This document shows positions 8,968 through 18,700 of a stretch of DNA of 54,273 nt, in pieces. Under the pieces are notes generated by a model. The model ran no database searches, was not told the origin of the DNA, and saw only the letters and a program-made list of their open reading frames with translations. Source of the stretch: a virus (lineage: Duplodnaviria; Caudoviricetes); the IMG/VR virus record IMGVR_UViG_3300043431_000269, positions 1-54,273 of that record, one strand, 5' to 3'. Position numbers and translations under genes: made by a program. Positions within the stretch are counted from its first letter, which is position 1, and every line of letters starts with the position of its first letter.

Positions 8968-9167
8968 TGCTAGACCCGCTCGCCATCGCACTGCAGGGGG
9001 TCGGCTTCGGCCCGGCAGTATTCGCGCTCCAGGGCTTCGTCGAGGACGACGAGGCGCAAGGCGAGCCTGGTCTGACTGCTGCGTGGGTGCCAGCGCCCGA
9101 GCGGAAGAAGAAGCGCAAGCGCCGCGACACCGACGACGACGCGATCTTCCTCTTTTTGCTTTCCTAA
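8967..9167 (+). CDS. small hypothetical protein with basic-acidic-hydrophobic C-terminus
   Basis: TAATG overlap with upstream stop; ends RKKKRKRRDTDDDAIFLFLLS. Confidence 0.65.
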   Translation: MLDPLAIALQGVGFGPAVFALQGFVEDDEAQGEPGLTAAWVPAPERKKKRKRRDTDDDAIFLFLLS

Positions 9168-9170
9168 CTG

Positions 9171-9213
9171 CGAAATATGGCCGCAGGCGTGATTCGCTCG
9201 CGTGCGCGAGACT
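9171..9213 (+). promoter_or_regulatory. putative late promoter, copy 2 (lysis genes)
   Basis: CGAAATATGGCCGCAG, 21 nt, GAGACT. Confidence 0.7.
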
Positions 9214-9246
9214 TCAGGCATTCGTCAACAAGAATATCGCCGCGCC

Positions 9247-9633
9247 ATGAACGACAAATTCGTGCCGCAGCCGAAGTCCCGCGAAGTTGAGGGTGCGTGC
9301 GATACGTGCGTAAAGCGTCTGCTGACCGAGGATCAGGCTGCAAGAATGATCGAAACCTCTATCGAGGAAGCAGTCGAGTGTTACGACTCGACGATCAAGC
9401 ATTTCATCGACGAGAAAGTTTCCGAACTCAATAAGCAGTTGAAGGACAGCTTTCCAAATGGTGATGCGGCAGGGCATCGCGTTGCTCATGAAGCGTTCAT
9501 CAAAGCTGCTATTGCAAGAAGCCAACTGCAGCAGAGCGTTCTGGAGAAGACGATCGGTGGAATTGTCTGGAGCTTGGCGATCTTAGTTGCCGTGTGCGTT
9601 TGGGAATACGCCAAGGGAGCAATCCGCAAATGA
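9247..9633 (+). CDS. membrane protein with one C-terminal TM helix (holin/antiholin candidate)
   Basis: FPNGDAAGHRVAHE motif then IGGIVWSLAILVAVCVW; first gene of lysis cluster. Confidence 0.6.
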   Translation: MNDKFVPQPKSREVEGACDTCVKRLLTEDQAARMIETSIEEAVECYDSTIKHFIDEKVSELNKQLKDSFPNGDAAGHRVAHEAFIKAAIARSQLQQSVLEKTIGGIVWSLAILVAVCVWEYAKGAIRK

Positions 9634-10064
9634 GCCGTTCCGTAGTGCTGGCCCTGCGGTTCTGGCCGTTTGTCCTGGGGATTCTGATCGTCTTCTTGCT
9701 CAACTTCGCGGAGCGGGCAGTTTACCCGGTGATTCGAGACTTCGTGATCTCGGAAATCCAGTACGAAGGCGACTCGATGTTCGTCCGAGGCTACATGCGC
9801 AAAACACGCGCGTGCAAGTTTGTCGGTGTATCGACTGAAGCCTGGGATGGATCGACATGGGTCGAACTGCCATTGCAGTTCATGGACACCGCTAACCACA
9901 AGGCGACCCGACCCACTGGAACTCAAGCATGGGGTCCGTGGCGTATCGAGCTACCGATTAGATCGCAAGCGGCAGCGATTCGCATGTCTGCCCTTCACAG
10001 TTGCCACCCGGCATGGTCAACCGAGACCCGGCTGACTCAATTTCCCTTGGAGCACCGCAAATGA
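9630..10064 (+). CDS. N-terminally anchored periplasmic protein in lysis cluster
   Basis: FWPFVLGILIVFLL TM segment, two Cys; ATGA overlap. Confidence 0.65.
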   Translation: MSRSVVLALRFWPFVLGILIVFLLNFAERAVYPVIRDFVISEIQYEGDSMFVRGYMRKTRACKFVGVSTEAWDGSTWVELPLQFMDTANHKATRPTGTQAWGPWRIELPIRSQAAAIRMSALHSCHPAWSTETRLTQFPLEHRK

Positions 10065-10120
10065 TCCTGTTCTGGATGATCTTTCCGCGCCTCTTTCAAC
10101 TCTTTTGGATGAAACCATGA
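10061..10120 (+). CDS. 19-aa hydrophobic micropeptide MILFWMIFPRLFQLFWMKP
   Basis: GGAG RBS; ATGA overlaps at both ends exactly fill the gap between flanking genes. Confidence 0.5.
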   Translation: MILFWMIFPRLFQLFWMKP

Positions 10121-10320
10121 AGCTCTACGACAACTGGCAGTCGATCATCACGAAAGCGTGGTCGGTGCGACTCATGAGCTTGACCGTCGTGCTGCAGGTC
10201 ATCGACGCCGCGCTGCCGGTGCTCGCAACTGTCCTCCCGCATGGCGCAGTGAGCGCGCTCACAGCGATCTCAGCTATCGGCGCCATCGTGGCGCGCGTTG
10301 TGCCGCAGAGCGACCTGTGA
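10117..10320 (+). CDS. holin (2 TM)
   Basis: MKLYDNWQSIITKAWSVRL...IVARVVPQ pattern; immediately before the endolysin. Confidence 0.75.
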   Translation: MKLYDNWQSIITKAWSVRLMSLTVVLQVIDAALPVLATVLPHGAVSALTAISAIGAIVARVVPQSDL

Positions 10321-10826
10321 GCCGCAGCAGCCGCATCGTCGTCGCATCGCTGGCCTTGTCGGCTGCTGCATTCGTCGGGATCGTTTCGGAGGAAGGCTAC
10401 ACGACCTCTGCTGTGATCCCGACGAAGAACGACCGCCCGACCGTCGGGTTCGGCAGCACCTTCCGAGAGGACGGCACGCGCGTCGAGATGGGTGACACCA
10501 TCGACCCCGTGCGCGCCGTTCAACGCAGCGCCGCGCACATCGCCAAGGGCGAGACCGGCTTGAAGTCCTGTCTCACCGCGCCGCTGCACCAAGCCGAATA
10601 CGACACGCTCGTCGATTTTGCTTACCAGTACGGCGCATCTGCGACCTGCAAGTCGTCGATGGTGCGCCACGCGAATGCTGGCGATTACGCGCAGTCGTGC
10701 GAGGCGTACACGCTCTATCGATTCAGCGGCGGCTACGACTGCTCGACACCGGGAAACAAGGTTTGCTCCGGGGTCTGGTTGCGAAACCTCGCCCGGCGCG
10801 ATCGCTGCCGAGCAGCGTCGAAGTAG
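10317..10826 (+). CDS. SAR endolysin, GH24 lysozyme
   Basis: N-terminal Ala-rich SAR helix, EGY...DRPTVGFGST, EYDTLVDFAYQYG, C-terminal CSGVWLR. Confidence 0.88.
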   Translation: MSRSSRIVVASLALSAAAFVGIVSEEGYTTSAVIPTKNDRPTVGFGSTFREDGTRVEMGDTIDPVRAVQRSAAHIAKGETGLKSCLTAPLHQAEYDTLVDFAYQYGASATCKSSMVRHANAGDYAQSCEAYTLYRFSGGYDCSTPGNKVCSGVWLRNLARRDRCRAASK

Positions 10827-10853
10827 CTGCATTGGGAGCGCTGTGCATGCGCG

Positions 10854-10896
10854 CGAAATCGTGCCGCAGGCCCCCAACTTGAGGTGCGAATACAGT
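10854..10896 (+). promoter_or_regulatory. putative late promoter, copy 3 (capsid operon)
   Basis: CGAAATCGTGCCGCAG, 21 nt, TACAGT. Confidence 0.72.
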
Positions 10897-10923
10897 TCGC
10901 CTCAATTAGTAAAGGATTCGCAC

Positions 10924-11949
10924 ATGCGCCCGTGCTTCGCATTCAAAAACCTCGCGTCGGCCGACGACACGCCTGCGGTTTTGTCGATCTACGACGAGAT
11001 CGGTTTTTGGGGCGTGCAAGCTAAGGACTTCATCAAGGACCTGGGTGCAGTCAAGAGCGCTGTACTGAACGTCGAGATCAACTCTCCGGGCGGCGACGTG
11101 TTTGCCGGCCTGGCGATCTACAACGCGCTCAAAGGCTCCGGCAAAGAGATCGTCGTGAAAGTCATGGGCGTTGCCGCAAGCGCCGCGTCGCTGATTGCGA
11201 TGGCCGGCGACAAGATCGTGATGCCCAAAAACACGTTCATGATGGTGCATAACCCGTGGTCGTTTGCGATGGGCAACGCCGAGGAACTGCGTCAGCAGGC
11301 CGACGTGCTCGACAAGATCGGTAGCTCGCTGCTGGCGACCTATGTCGCTCGCACCGGCAAGCCCGAAGACGAGATCGCACCGTTGCTGGCGAAGGATACG
11401 TGGCTCACCGCCGACGAGGCCTTGGCCCTGGGCTTCGCAACCGAGGTCGTCTCCGACATCACCGCCAACGCGCGCTTTGACATGGCGCGCGCGGAGCTGC
11501 CGGAGGCCGTCAAGGCGGTCTTCGCGCTGACGGCGCCGGCCGATCCGGCTGCGGCCGCTCCGGTCCCGGCAGTGAACGTGGCGCTGGCCGACCAGATCGA
11601 GGCACGTGCGAAGGCGGCCGACATGGGCGGTTATGCGGCCATGTGGGCAGTTACCTGCGACTCGCTCGCCCAGGTCGATTCGCGCATCGCCGATGCGCGC
11701 GAGATCGTGGCGCTGTGCGCGGTGGCGAAGAATCCCGCGATGGCGGACGCATCGATTCGCGCGGGCATGCCCGTCTCGGCGGTTCGCGCAGCACTCGTTC
11801 AGGCCCTCGCCGAACACGACGCCGATACGCACACCAGCACGGCGCGATCCACTACCAACGAGCAACCGACCGGCGATGCGAAGCCTGCTACGACCGCCGC
11901 TCTTTGGGCTTCCCACACCAACGGTCGTAAAGAAAGGACCAAGAAATGA
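10924..11949 (+). CDS. ClpP-type head maturation protease with C-terminal scaffold region
   Basis: IYDEIGFWG, INSPGGDVFAG, GVAASAASLIAMAGD, MMVHNPW, TWLTADEALALGF; AAGGA RBS before ATG 10924. Confidence 0.93.
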   Translation: MRPCFAFKNLASADDTPAVLSIYDEIGFWGVQAKDFIKDLGAVKSAVLNVEINSPGGDVFAGLAIYNALKGSGKEIVVKVMGVAASAASLIAMAGDKIVMPKNTFMMVHNPWSFAMGNAEELRQQADVLDKIGSSLLATYVARTGKPEDEIAPLLAKDTWLTADEALALGFATEVVSDITANARFDMARAELPEAVKAVFALTAPADPAAAAPVPAVNVALADQIEARAKAADMGGYAAMWAVTCDSLAQVDSRIADAREIVALCAVAKNPAMADASIRAGMPVSAVRAALVQALAEHDADTHTSTARSTTNEQPTGDAKPATTAALWASHTNGRKERTKK

Positions 11950-12314
11950 CCACTACCCTGACCTCCGTCCCTCGCGTGGAGGAATTCGTCCTCTCCGAAG
12001 GCAATGGCTTTATCAGCCGTGAAGAAGTGACCGTCACCCTCGGCGCCAGCGCGCTGAAGTCGGGCACGGTGATGTCCAAGCTGACCGCCACCGGCAAGTG
12101 GGTGGCCTATGACGACTCCGGCACCGATGGCACCGAGACCGCCTCGGGCATCCTCTACACCGCCCTGCCGATCGGCACTGGCGATGTGTCCGCCGTGATG
12201 TTCGTGCGCGACTGCGAAGTGGTGCGCGCGGCCCTGACGGGCCTGAACGCCAACGCGGAAGCGGACCTCGCGGCCAAGGGCGTCATCGTCCGTGGCACCT
12301 ACACGACCAAGTAA
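11946..12314 (+). CDS. head decoration protein (gpD-like)
   Basis: EFVLSEGNGFISRE, GTVMSK, DGTETASGIL motifs; between protease and capsid. Confidence 0.88.
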   Translation: MTTTLTSVPRVEEFVLSEGNGFISREEVTVTLGASALKSGTVMSKLTATGKWVAYDDSGTDGTETASGILYTALPIGTGDVSAVMFVRDCEVVRAALTGLNANAEADLAAKGVIVRGTYTTK

Positions 12315-12337
12315 TCGGCCAGCAGGAGAAAATCAAA

Positions 12338-13333
12338 ATGGCATCTCTCGACATCTTCAACAACGACGCATTCAGCGTCACCAACCTGACCCGGACGCTG
12401 GTCGATCTGCCGCGCGTCCCGACTCGCATCGGCGAGCTGGGGCTGTTCGAAGAAAACGGCATCCCCACCACGACCATGATGATCGAGCGCACGGGCGACA
12501 CGCTGCGCCTGGTGCCGAGCGCCGAGCGCGGTTCGTCCGGTGAGCCCGTGACCACCAAGGGTCGCGTCCTGATCCCGGTGAAGGCGATCCACTTGCCGCA
12601 GCGCGGCTCGGTGCTGGCCGACGAGGTGCAGAACGTGCGCGCTTTCGGCTCGGAGACCGAGGTCGAGGCGGTCACGAACCTCGTGACCAAGAAGCTGAAC
12701 AAGATGAAGCGGCAACTGGACCTGACGCTGGAATACCACCGCGTCGGTGCCATCCGTGGTTTGGTCAAGGACGCGGACGGTTCGACTCTGCTGAACGTGT
12801 ACGATGTGTTCGGCATGACCCAAACCGTGCAGAACTTCGCCCTGAGCACCACGTCCACCAAGGTCAAGCAGAAGATTCTGGACCTCAAGCGCGCCGTGCA
12901 GAACAAGCTGGGTGGCCTGGCCTATCAGCGCGTGCATGTCCTGTGCTCCAGCTCGTTCTTCGACGATCTGATCGGGCACAGCGCGGTCGAAAAGGCGTTC
13001 GAGCTGCAGGCCGCCAACAGCTTCGCGCGCACCGATCCGAACGGCGTGTTCGAGATGGCGGGCGTCACCTTCGAGGAATACTCGGGCGGTGTGGGCGGCA
13101 CCGACTTCCTGGCCGCTGGTGAAGCCTACGCCTTCCCGGTTGGCGTTCCGGGTCTGTTCACGAGCGACTTCGCTCCGGCCGACTACATGGAGACCGTCAA
13201 TACGATGGGCCTCCCGTACTATGCCAAGCAGGAAGCCATGCGCATGAACAAGGGCATCGAGCTGGAATCTCAGTCGAACCCGATCACGCTCTGCACCCGG
13301 CCGGAAGCGGTCATCAAGCTGACCAATGCTTAA
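12338..13333 (+). CDS. major capsid protein, lambda gpE family
   Basis: FSVTNLT, LADEVQNVRAFGS, TLEYHRVGAIRG, FAPADYMETVNTMGLPYYAK, QSNPITLCTRP. Confidence 0.95.
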   Translation: MASLDIFNNDAFSVTNLTRTLVDLPRVPTRIGELGLFEENGIPTTTMMIERTGDTLRLVPSAERGSSGEPVTTKGRVLIPVKAIHLPQRGSVLADEVQNVRAFGSETEVEAVTNLVTKKLNKMKRQLDLTLEYHRVGAIRGLVKDADGSTLLNVYDVFGMTQTVQNFALSTTSTKVKQKILDLKRAVQNKLGGLAYQRVHVLCSSSFFDDLIGHSAVEKAFELQAANSFARTDPNGVFEMAGVTFEEYSGGVGGTDFLAAGEAYAFPVGVPGLFTSDFAPADYMETVNTMGLPYYAKQEAMRMNKGIELESQSNPITLCTRPEAVIKLTNA

Positions 13334-13625
13334 CCTGTTCGCCAGGGCGACCAAGAGTGCGCTCTCCCTGTTGGGGGAGAGCGCCCTTTTGCGCGGTAGC
13401 GAAGCCTGCCAAGTGAACATCGAGCGCGGTGTTCAGTTGGAAGGTCTGGAGTCCGACACGGCCCGCGAGCAGTATGCGGTCGTCCACCGGGACGTTGCGA
13501 CGATCGACTCGGGCTACAACCCCAAGGTCGGCGACACGCTCGCGCACCCGGACGGCAACTTTGTGCTCGACGTGCTGCTGGAGGATCGCGGCGCTTTCCG
13601 CAGATTCGTGCTCAGAAAGGCATGA
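13326..13625 (+). CDS. head-tail joining protein (gpFII-like)
   Basis: 99 aa after the capsid gene; PKVGDTL motif. Confidence 0.6.
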   Translation: MLNLFARATKSALSLLGESALLRGSEACQVNIERGVQLEGLESDTAREQYAVVHRDVATIDSGYNPKVGDTLAHPDGNFVLDVLLEDRGAFRRFVLRKA

Positions 13626-13626
13626 G

Positions 13627-14322
13627 ATGGCTCGGCTTGGAATCTTCAACGTCAAGCTGGATGCCAGCCAGATCGAGGAACTTGCTGACAGCCTCGGCCA
13701 GTTCGACGCCGACGCGCTCGGGCAGCGGCTCGTCGAGACGGTCAACGATGTCGCAGATCGCACCTATGACCTCGCGCGCAGGTCCATCCTCTCCGGCATC
13801 AACCTCGACCGCGACTACCTCGAATCGAGGTTCGAGGTAGTTCACGCGACAGGAAAGAAGCCGGTGGCCGAGATCGTCACGCCGGTTCGCGGAAAGTCCG
13901 CATTCTCGAATCTGAGCCGCTACGGCGCCGTGCGCTTCATGCAGCCGGTAAAGCACCCTGAGCGCGCGCAGGGCGATCCAGGGCGCAAGTTCCCGGTCGG
14001 CCAGAAGGCTGGCGTGATGGCTGCGGAGGTGACGCGCGGCGACGTGAAATCAGTGGGCAAGAAGTTCGTCATCCCGTCTATCAAGGACAGGAGCGGCAAC
14101 CCGATCGTCTTCCGTGGGCTCGGCGTGCCGGGCACCCCGAAGAACCCGCGCGACAAGGGCCGGCGCAAGACGCCTCGCCAGGCAATCGAGCCTGTGCTCG
14201 GGCCGTCCGTTTACCAGTTGTTCCGCTTCACGGCCGGGCAGATTCAGGAGCGGGTCATGGATGACCTCGAATCGGCGGTCGTGGAGATGGCCCGCAAGGA
14301 ATTCGAAAAGGCACTCTCATGA
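13627..14322 (+). CDS. tail completion/minor tail protein (gpZ-like)
   Basis: basic protein ending LGPSVYQLF; position. Confidence 0.6.
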   Translation: MARLGIFNVKLDASQIEELADSLGQFDADALGQRLVETVNDVADRTYDLARRSILSGINLDRDYLESRFEVVHATGKKPVAEIVTPVRGKSAFSNLSRYGAVRFMQPVKHPERAQGDPGRKFPVGQKAGVMAAEVTRGDVKSVGKKFVIPSIKDRSGNPIVFRGLGVPGTPKNPRDKGRRKTPRQAIEPVLGPSVYQLFRFTAGQIQERVMDDLESAVVEMARKEFEKALS

Positions 14323-14783
14323 CAGTCTTCGTCAAGGCCGCCGACGTGGCGATCGAGATCACCTCGCGCCTGGCCGGCATATTGGTTGCCAACGGGCACG
14401 AGTCCGACATCGGCAGCACCGTGCATCGCGGCAAGCGCAAGCTGCCGATGGAAGACGAGGTGCCGTGCTGCATCCTGATCGAAGGCGCAGACGAGATCGA
14501 GGATACGGCGGGCCGCTCGCAGACCGCGCTGGTGAAGGTGCGCCAGACGTACTACATCGACGCCTTCAGCGCCTGCGACCCGGACAACCCCAACGACGCC
14601 GCGCACGCGATGATCCGCGACATCAAGCGCGTGCTGTTCAAGGGCGGCCGCACTTTCGACGGCAAGGTGGCCGAGGTCTCGTATTTGGGCCGCGACATCG
14701 GGCCGCGCCCCGATGGCGTTGCGCTCGTGCAGGCCCGGGTGATGATCGATGTCTCGTTCGCCGAGGACTTGGCGAACCCATAG
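14319..14783 (+). CDS. tail terminator protein (gpU-like)
   Basis: RLAGILVANGHESDIGSTVHRG motif, acidic; precedes tail tube gene. Confidence 0.65.
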   Translation: MTVFVKAADVAIEITSRLAGILVANGHESDIGSTVHRGKRKLPMEDEVPCCILIEGADEIEDTAGRSQTALVKVRQTYYIDAFSACDPDNPNDAAHAMIRDIKRVLFKGGRTFDGKVAEVSYLGRDIGPRPDGVALVQARVMIDVSFAEDLANP

Positions 14784-14785
14784 CG

Positions 14786-14828
14786 CGAAATGGTGCCGCA
14801 GGCTTGCAATGAGCAACCTCGGCAAACT
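14786..14828 (+). promoter_or_regulatory. putative late promoter, copy 4 (tail operon)
   Basis: CGAAATGGTGCCGCAG, 21 nt, CAAACT. Confidence 0.7.
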
Positions 14829-14888
14829 TCGCATCGTAACGGCTAATGAAGCCAAATTGCCCGAACTGGCACAGAAGGAGTAGATCAA

Positions 14889-15638
14889 ATGGCAGCACGC
14901 GGATTCTTGGGTGCCGGCGACCTGTATATCGCACGGTATGTCGGCGGTACTTTGCAGGCTTGGCAAGGCCCCTACGAATGCACCAAGTTCGAGATCAAGC
15001 CGAACGTGGACATCAAGCAGATGACCTCGAAGGGTCGCTCGACCTACGGCCAGGTCATCGAGACCGTGGCGATCCCGAAGCCGGCGGACCTGACCGTCGA
15101 GCTGCCGGAAATCAACAAGGAATCGCTGTCGATCGCGCTGCTGGGCACCGTCGCCGCCGTCTCGCAGACTGGCGGCACGCTCACCAACGAAGTCGTGACC
15201 ATCACTACCCTGGATACTTGGTATCCGCTGTCGAAAGCGTCGTTCACCGCGATCACCGCGAAGACCTCGGCCGACATTGATCTGACCGAGGGCATCGACT
15301 TCATCGTGGACAAGCAGCTCGGCTGGGTCAAGGTGCTCTCGACCAACGACAACAGCGTCGTGGCCGGCAACACGATCAAGGTCTCCGGTGCCTACGCCTC
15401 GACCACGGGCGACGAGATCAAGGGTGCCACCAACGCACAGTTGCGCGCCAAGTTCAAGCTGGTCGGCAAGAACTTCGCCGATGACCTGCCGTATGTCGTA
15501 ACGGTCCACGAAGCCGTGATCGCCGCCGACTCTGCCTTCGACTTCCTGCAGGACGATTTCTCGTCCGTGACCCTGCCGGGCAGCATGAAGACGCCGGCTG
15601 GCTTCACCGAGCCCTTCACTGTGGTGCTGCAGCGTTAA
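14889..15638 (+). CDS. major tail (tube) protein
   Basis: strong AAGGAG RBS, GFLGAGDLYI start, DFLQDDF..TLPG end; followed by a terminator and the tape measure gene. Confidence 0.85.
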   Translation: MAARGFLGAGDLYIARYVGGTLQAWQGPYECTKFEIKPNVDIKQMTSKGRSTYGQVIETVAIPKPADLTVELPEINKESLSIALLGTVAAVSQTGGTLTNEVVTITTLDTWYPLSKASFTAITAKTSADIDLTEGIDFIVDKQLGWVKVLSTNDNSVVAGNTIKVSGAYASTTGDEIKGATNAQLRAKFKLVGKNFADDLPYVVTVHEAVIAADSAFDFLQDDFSSVTLPGSMKTPAGFTEPFTVVLQR

Positions 15639-15675
15639 GCCACCGCGACGGCGCGGCGGGCTCCGGCCCGCACCC

Positions 15676-15715
15676 AAACCCGCCAGGACCGTGAGGCTCT
15701 GGCGGGTTTTTGTTT
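15676..15715 (+). terminator. rho-independent terminator after the tail tube gene
   Basis: AAACCCGCCAG/CTGGCGGGTTT stem followed by TTGTTT. Confidence 0.8.
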
Positions 15716-15732
15716 GAGAAGGACCGATCAAC

Positions 15733-18700
15733 ATGGCGACCAGCAACACCCGCGACGTGAAGATGACCCTGAGCGTCGAAACGCTCGGGGCTGACGAGAT
15801 CAAGAAGCTGCAAGACAGCGTGGCGCGACTAGCGCGAGAGGGTGGCGACGCCGCGCCAGAGTTCCAGCGGCTCGCCGACGAGATCGGGCGGCTCGGCGAA
15901 CAGGCCAACGCTCTGCGCACGTTCGAAGAACTGTCGGCGACGATGGGCGAGCTGGCCGGCAAGCAGCAGCAGGCCACGCAGCGTGTCGATGAACTCCGGG
16001 TGGCGCTTGACCTGGCGCGCGAGGCCACCACGCGCGATGCGGAGGCCCAGCGCGCGGCCGCCGCCGAAGTGGACAACGCGAAGAAGGTCAAACAAGACCT
16101 GGCCGCCGCACTGCGCAAGCTCAACACCGAGTACGACCTGGCGGGCAAGAAGACGAGAGAATACAAGGCGGCGCTGAACGACCTGATCGACAAGCAGGCG
16201 ACGAATGCGAAGTCGCTGGTTGATCTGGTCTCGGCCCGGCGCAACGCGAATGCCGCCCTGGCCGAATCGGCGGGTGCGGAGCAACGTCTGGAGGCGCAGT
16301 ACAACAAGTCGGCCAAGTCGCTCGCCCAGGTATCCACGGCGCTGGCCGACCAGCAGCGCGCGCTCGATCTCCAAAGCGCCGCAGCGGCGCAACTCGGTGT
16401 TTCGACCGAGAACATGGCTACGGCCCAGGCCGAGCTGATCAAGGCGCTCAACGAGACCGGCGCGAGCGCCACGCGAGCGGCCGGCGCGCTCGACGGGGTT
16501 GGCTTCCAGCGCCAGATTGACGAGGCCAAGCGCTTGCGTGAGTCCGCTGAGTACGTCCAGTTTTGGGAGCAGGCGCTGCGCGACGCCGACCTGGCCGCGA
16601 AAGAGATGGCGGACCAGCAGGCGTTCCAGCGGCAGATCGATGAAGCGCAGCGACTGCGCGAGGCAGCCGACTACGTGCAGTTTTGGGAGCAGGCGCTGCG
16701 CGAGGCGGACCTTGCTGCCAAAGAGCTGGCCGACCAAAAGGCATTCACGCAGCAACTGGCCGAGGCCGAGCGTCTGCGCACGGCAGCCGAGTACGTGCAG
16801 TTTTGGGAGCAGGCGCTGCGCGAGGCGAACCTGGCCTCAGAAGCTGCAGCGGAATCGGCCAAGCGCCTGGGAAATGCGTTCGATACGGTTGGCGCTCGCA
16901 GCGCCAGCGGCCTGCGGGCAGAGATCGATCAGGTCAGGGCCGCGATGCAGACCCTCGGCACGCAGGCCGGGCTCACCGGGGGCGAGCTGGCAAGCGCGAT
17001 GGCTGCCGGCAACGCGCGCATCGCCGAGTTGGAGCGGCAGCTCCGCGAGGCCACCGGGCAGCTCACGCTTGCGGACAAGGCCGCCAAGCTGTTCTCGAAC
17101 TCGATGGGCCAGATTGCGGCAGGCAACCTCATTGCTGACGGCATCGGCTACTTGGTCGAGAAGGTCAAGGAGATGGGCCGCGAGTTTGTTGCGGTCAACG
17201 TGCAAGCTGACTCAATGCGCAGGGCGCTCAACGCCGTCTATAAGGACACCGAGATCACGGCCCAGCAGATCGACTTTCTGCGCAAGACGGCGACCACGGC
17301 CGGCGTGTCGATCTCGGGCATCACCGACGACTTCGTGAAGTTCGCAGCGGCCACGCGCTCGTCGAATATTGACCTCAAGACCACCGACGAGGTGTTCCGG
17401 TCCGTGACGCTGGCCGCCTCGTCGCTCGGGCTCGGCGCCGAGAAGACCAGCCTTGCGCTCAATGCCCTCGGCCAGATCGCTTCAAAGGGCGTCGTGTCGA
17501 TGGAAGAACTGCGGCAGCAGCTCGGCGATGCCGTGCCTGGCGCGCTGTCGCTCACGGCAAAGGGTCTCGGGATCACCGACGCCGAGCTGGTCAAGTTGGT
17601 CGAGAGCGGCAAGCTCGCCGCGCGCGACTTCTTCCCGGCGTTCGCCAAGGGCCTGTCCACGCTGCAGGGGGAGACAGACGGCCTGCGGCAGACGTGGGAG
17701 CGGTTCAAGAACGTCCTGACCATCACGGCGACCAACGCGGGCGACGCCGGCTGGGTTCAGATTCTGACGCTTGGCCTGAAGGGGCTCGGCGTCGTCGTGA
17801 GTGTCGTCACCCTGGGCTTCAGCCAAATGTACGAGGGGGTGATGACGATCACGCGCGGAGTGATCGTCTTCTACGAGACGCTGGCAGGGCGCGGCGCGCA
17901 GGCGCTTGAATTCTTCAACGAGGAAGTCGCCAAGACGAACTCCCGCCTGGAGGAACAGCGGCTGGCAATCGCCTACATGCTGAACCCGACGGAGGAACTG
18001 CGAGCCAAGCTCACTACTGCCGGATTGGCGAACAGGGATTTCAGCTCGTCGGCGCTGGCTACGTCCGACGCGCTGAAGCTCAACACCACGGCGCTGCAGG
18101 AGAGCGCCCAGGCCGCGCTCGGCGTGCAGGCCGGGCAGTCGGCGGCGGCAAAGGCGCTGCAGATCACTGGCGACGCGAGCCGCGAGGCCGGCTCGAAGTG
18201 GGTGCAGTTGAACGTCGAGATGCTGAAGCTCCGCGACACCCAGGAGCAGGCCGTCGCGGTCTCCGAGAAGGCAAGGACAGCGGCCGAGCACGAGGCCGAG
18301 GCCGTGTCTCGGTTGGGTGCTCTGCGCGGCGACTCGGTGGCAAAGCTCGAATCCGAGGCCAGGGCAGCGACCATCAATGAGTCGGCGCTGGCCGCCGTGG
18401 CGAAGGCACGCGAGGCCGAGGCCGCCGTCATCACCGTGCAGCTCAACGAGATGGTGAAGCTGGCGCTGGCCCAGGACGGATCGCTTGAGAAGCGCCGACA
18501 GGAGATCGAGTCCATCAAGAAGAAGGCCGACACGTCGCAGGAAGAAGCCGCCGCTGCACGCAGCGCCGCCGAGGGTGCGCGCATCGAGCGCCAGCAGCGC
18601 GAGCTGCTGGTGCAGACCTACCGCGACAACTCGGGTGCGGTCGAGCAACTGCGCCGGGCGATGGAGCTGGCAAACGAGGCCGCGAATCTCACGGTGGCGA

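Noticed and set aside
10618-10923. N-terminal extensions in the ORF track (protease from 10618, MTase from 42186, activator from 48434)
   Set aside because: They overlap upstream genes or regulatory DNA; RBS and family motifs support the downstream starts
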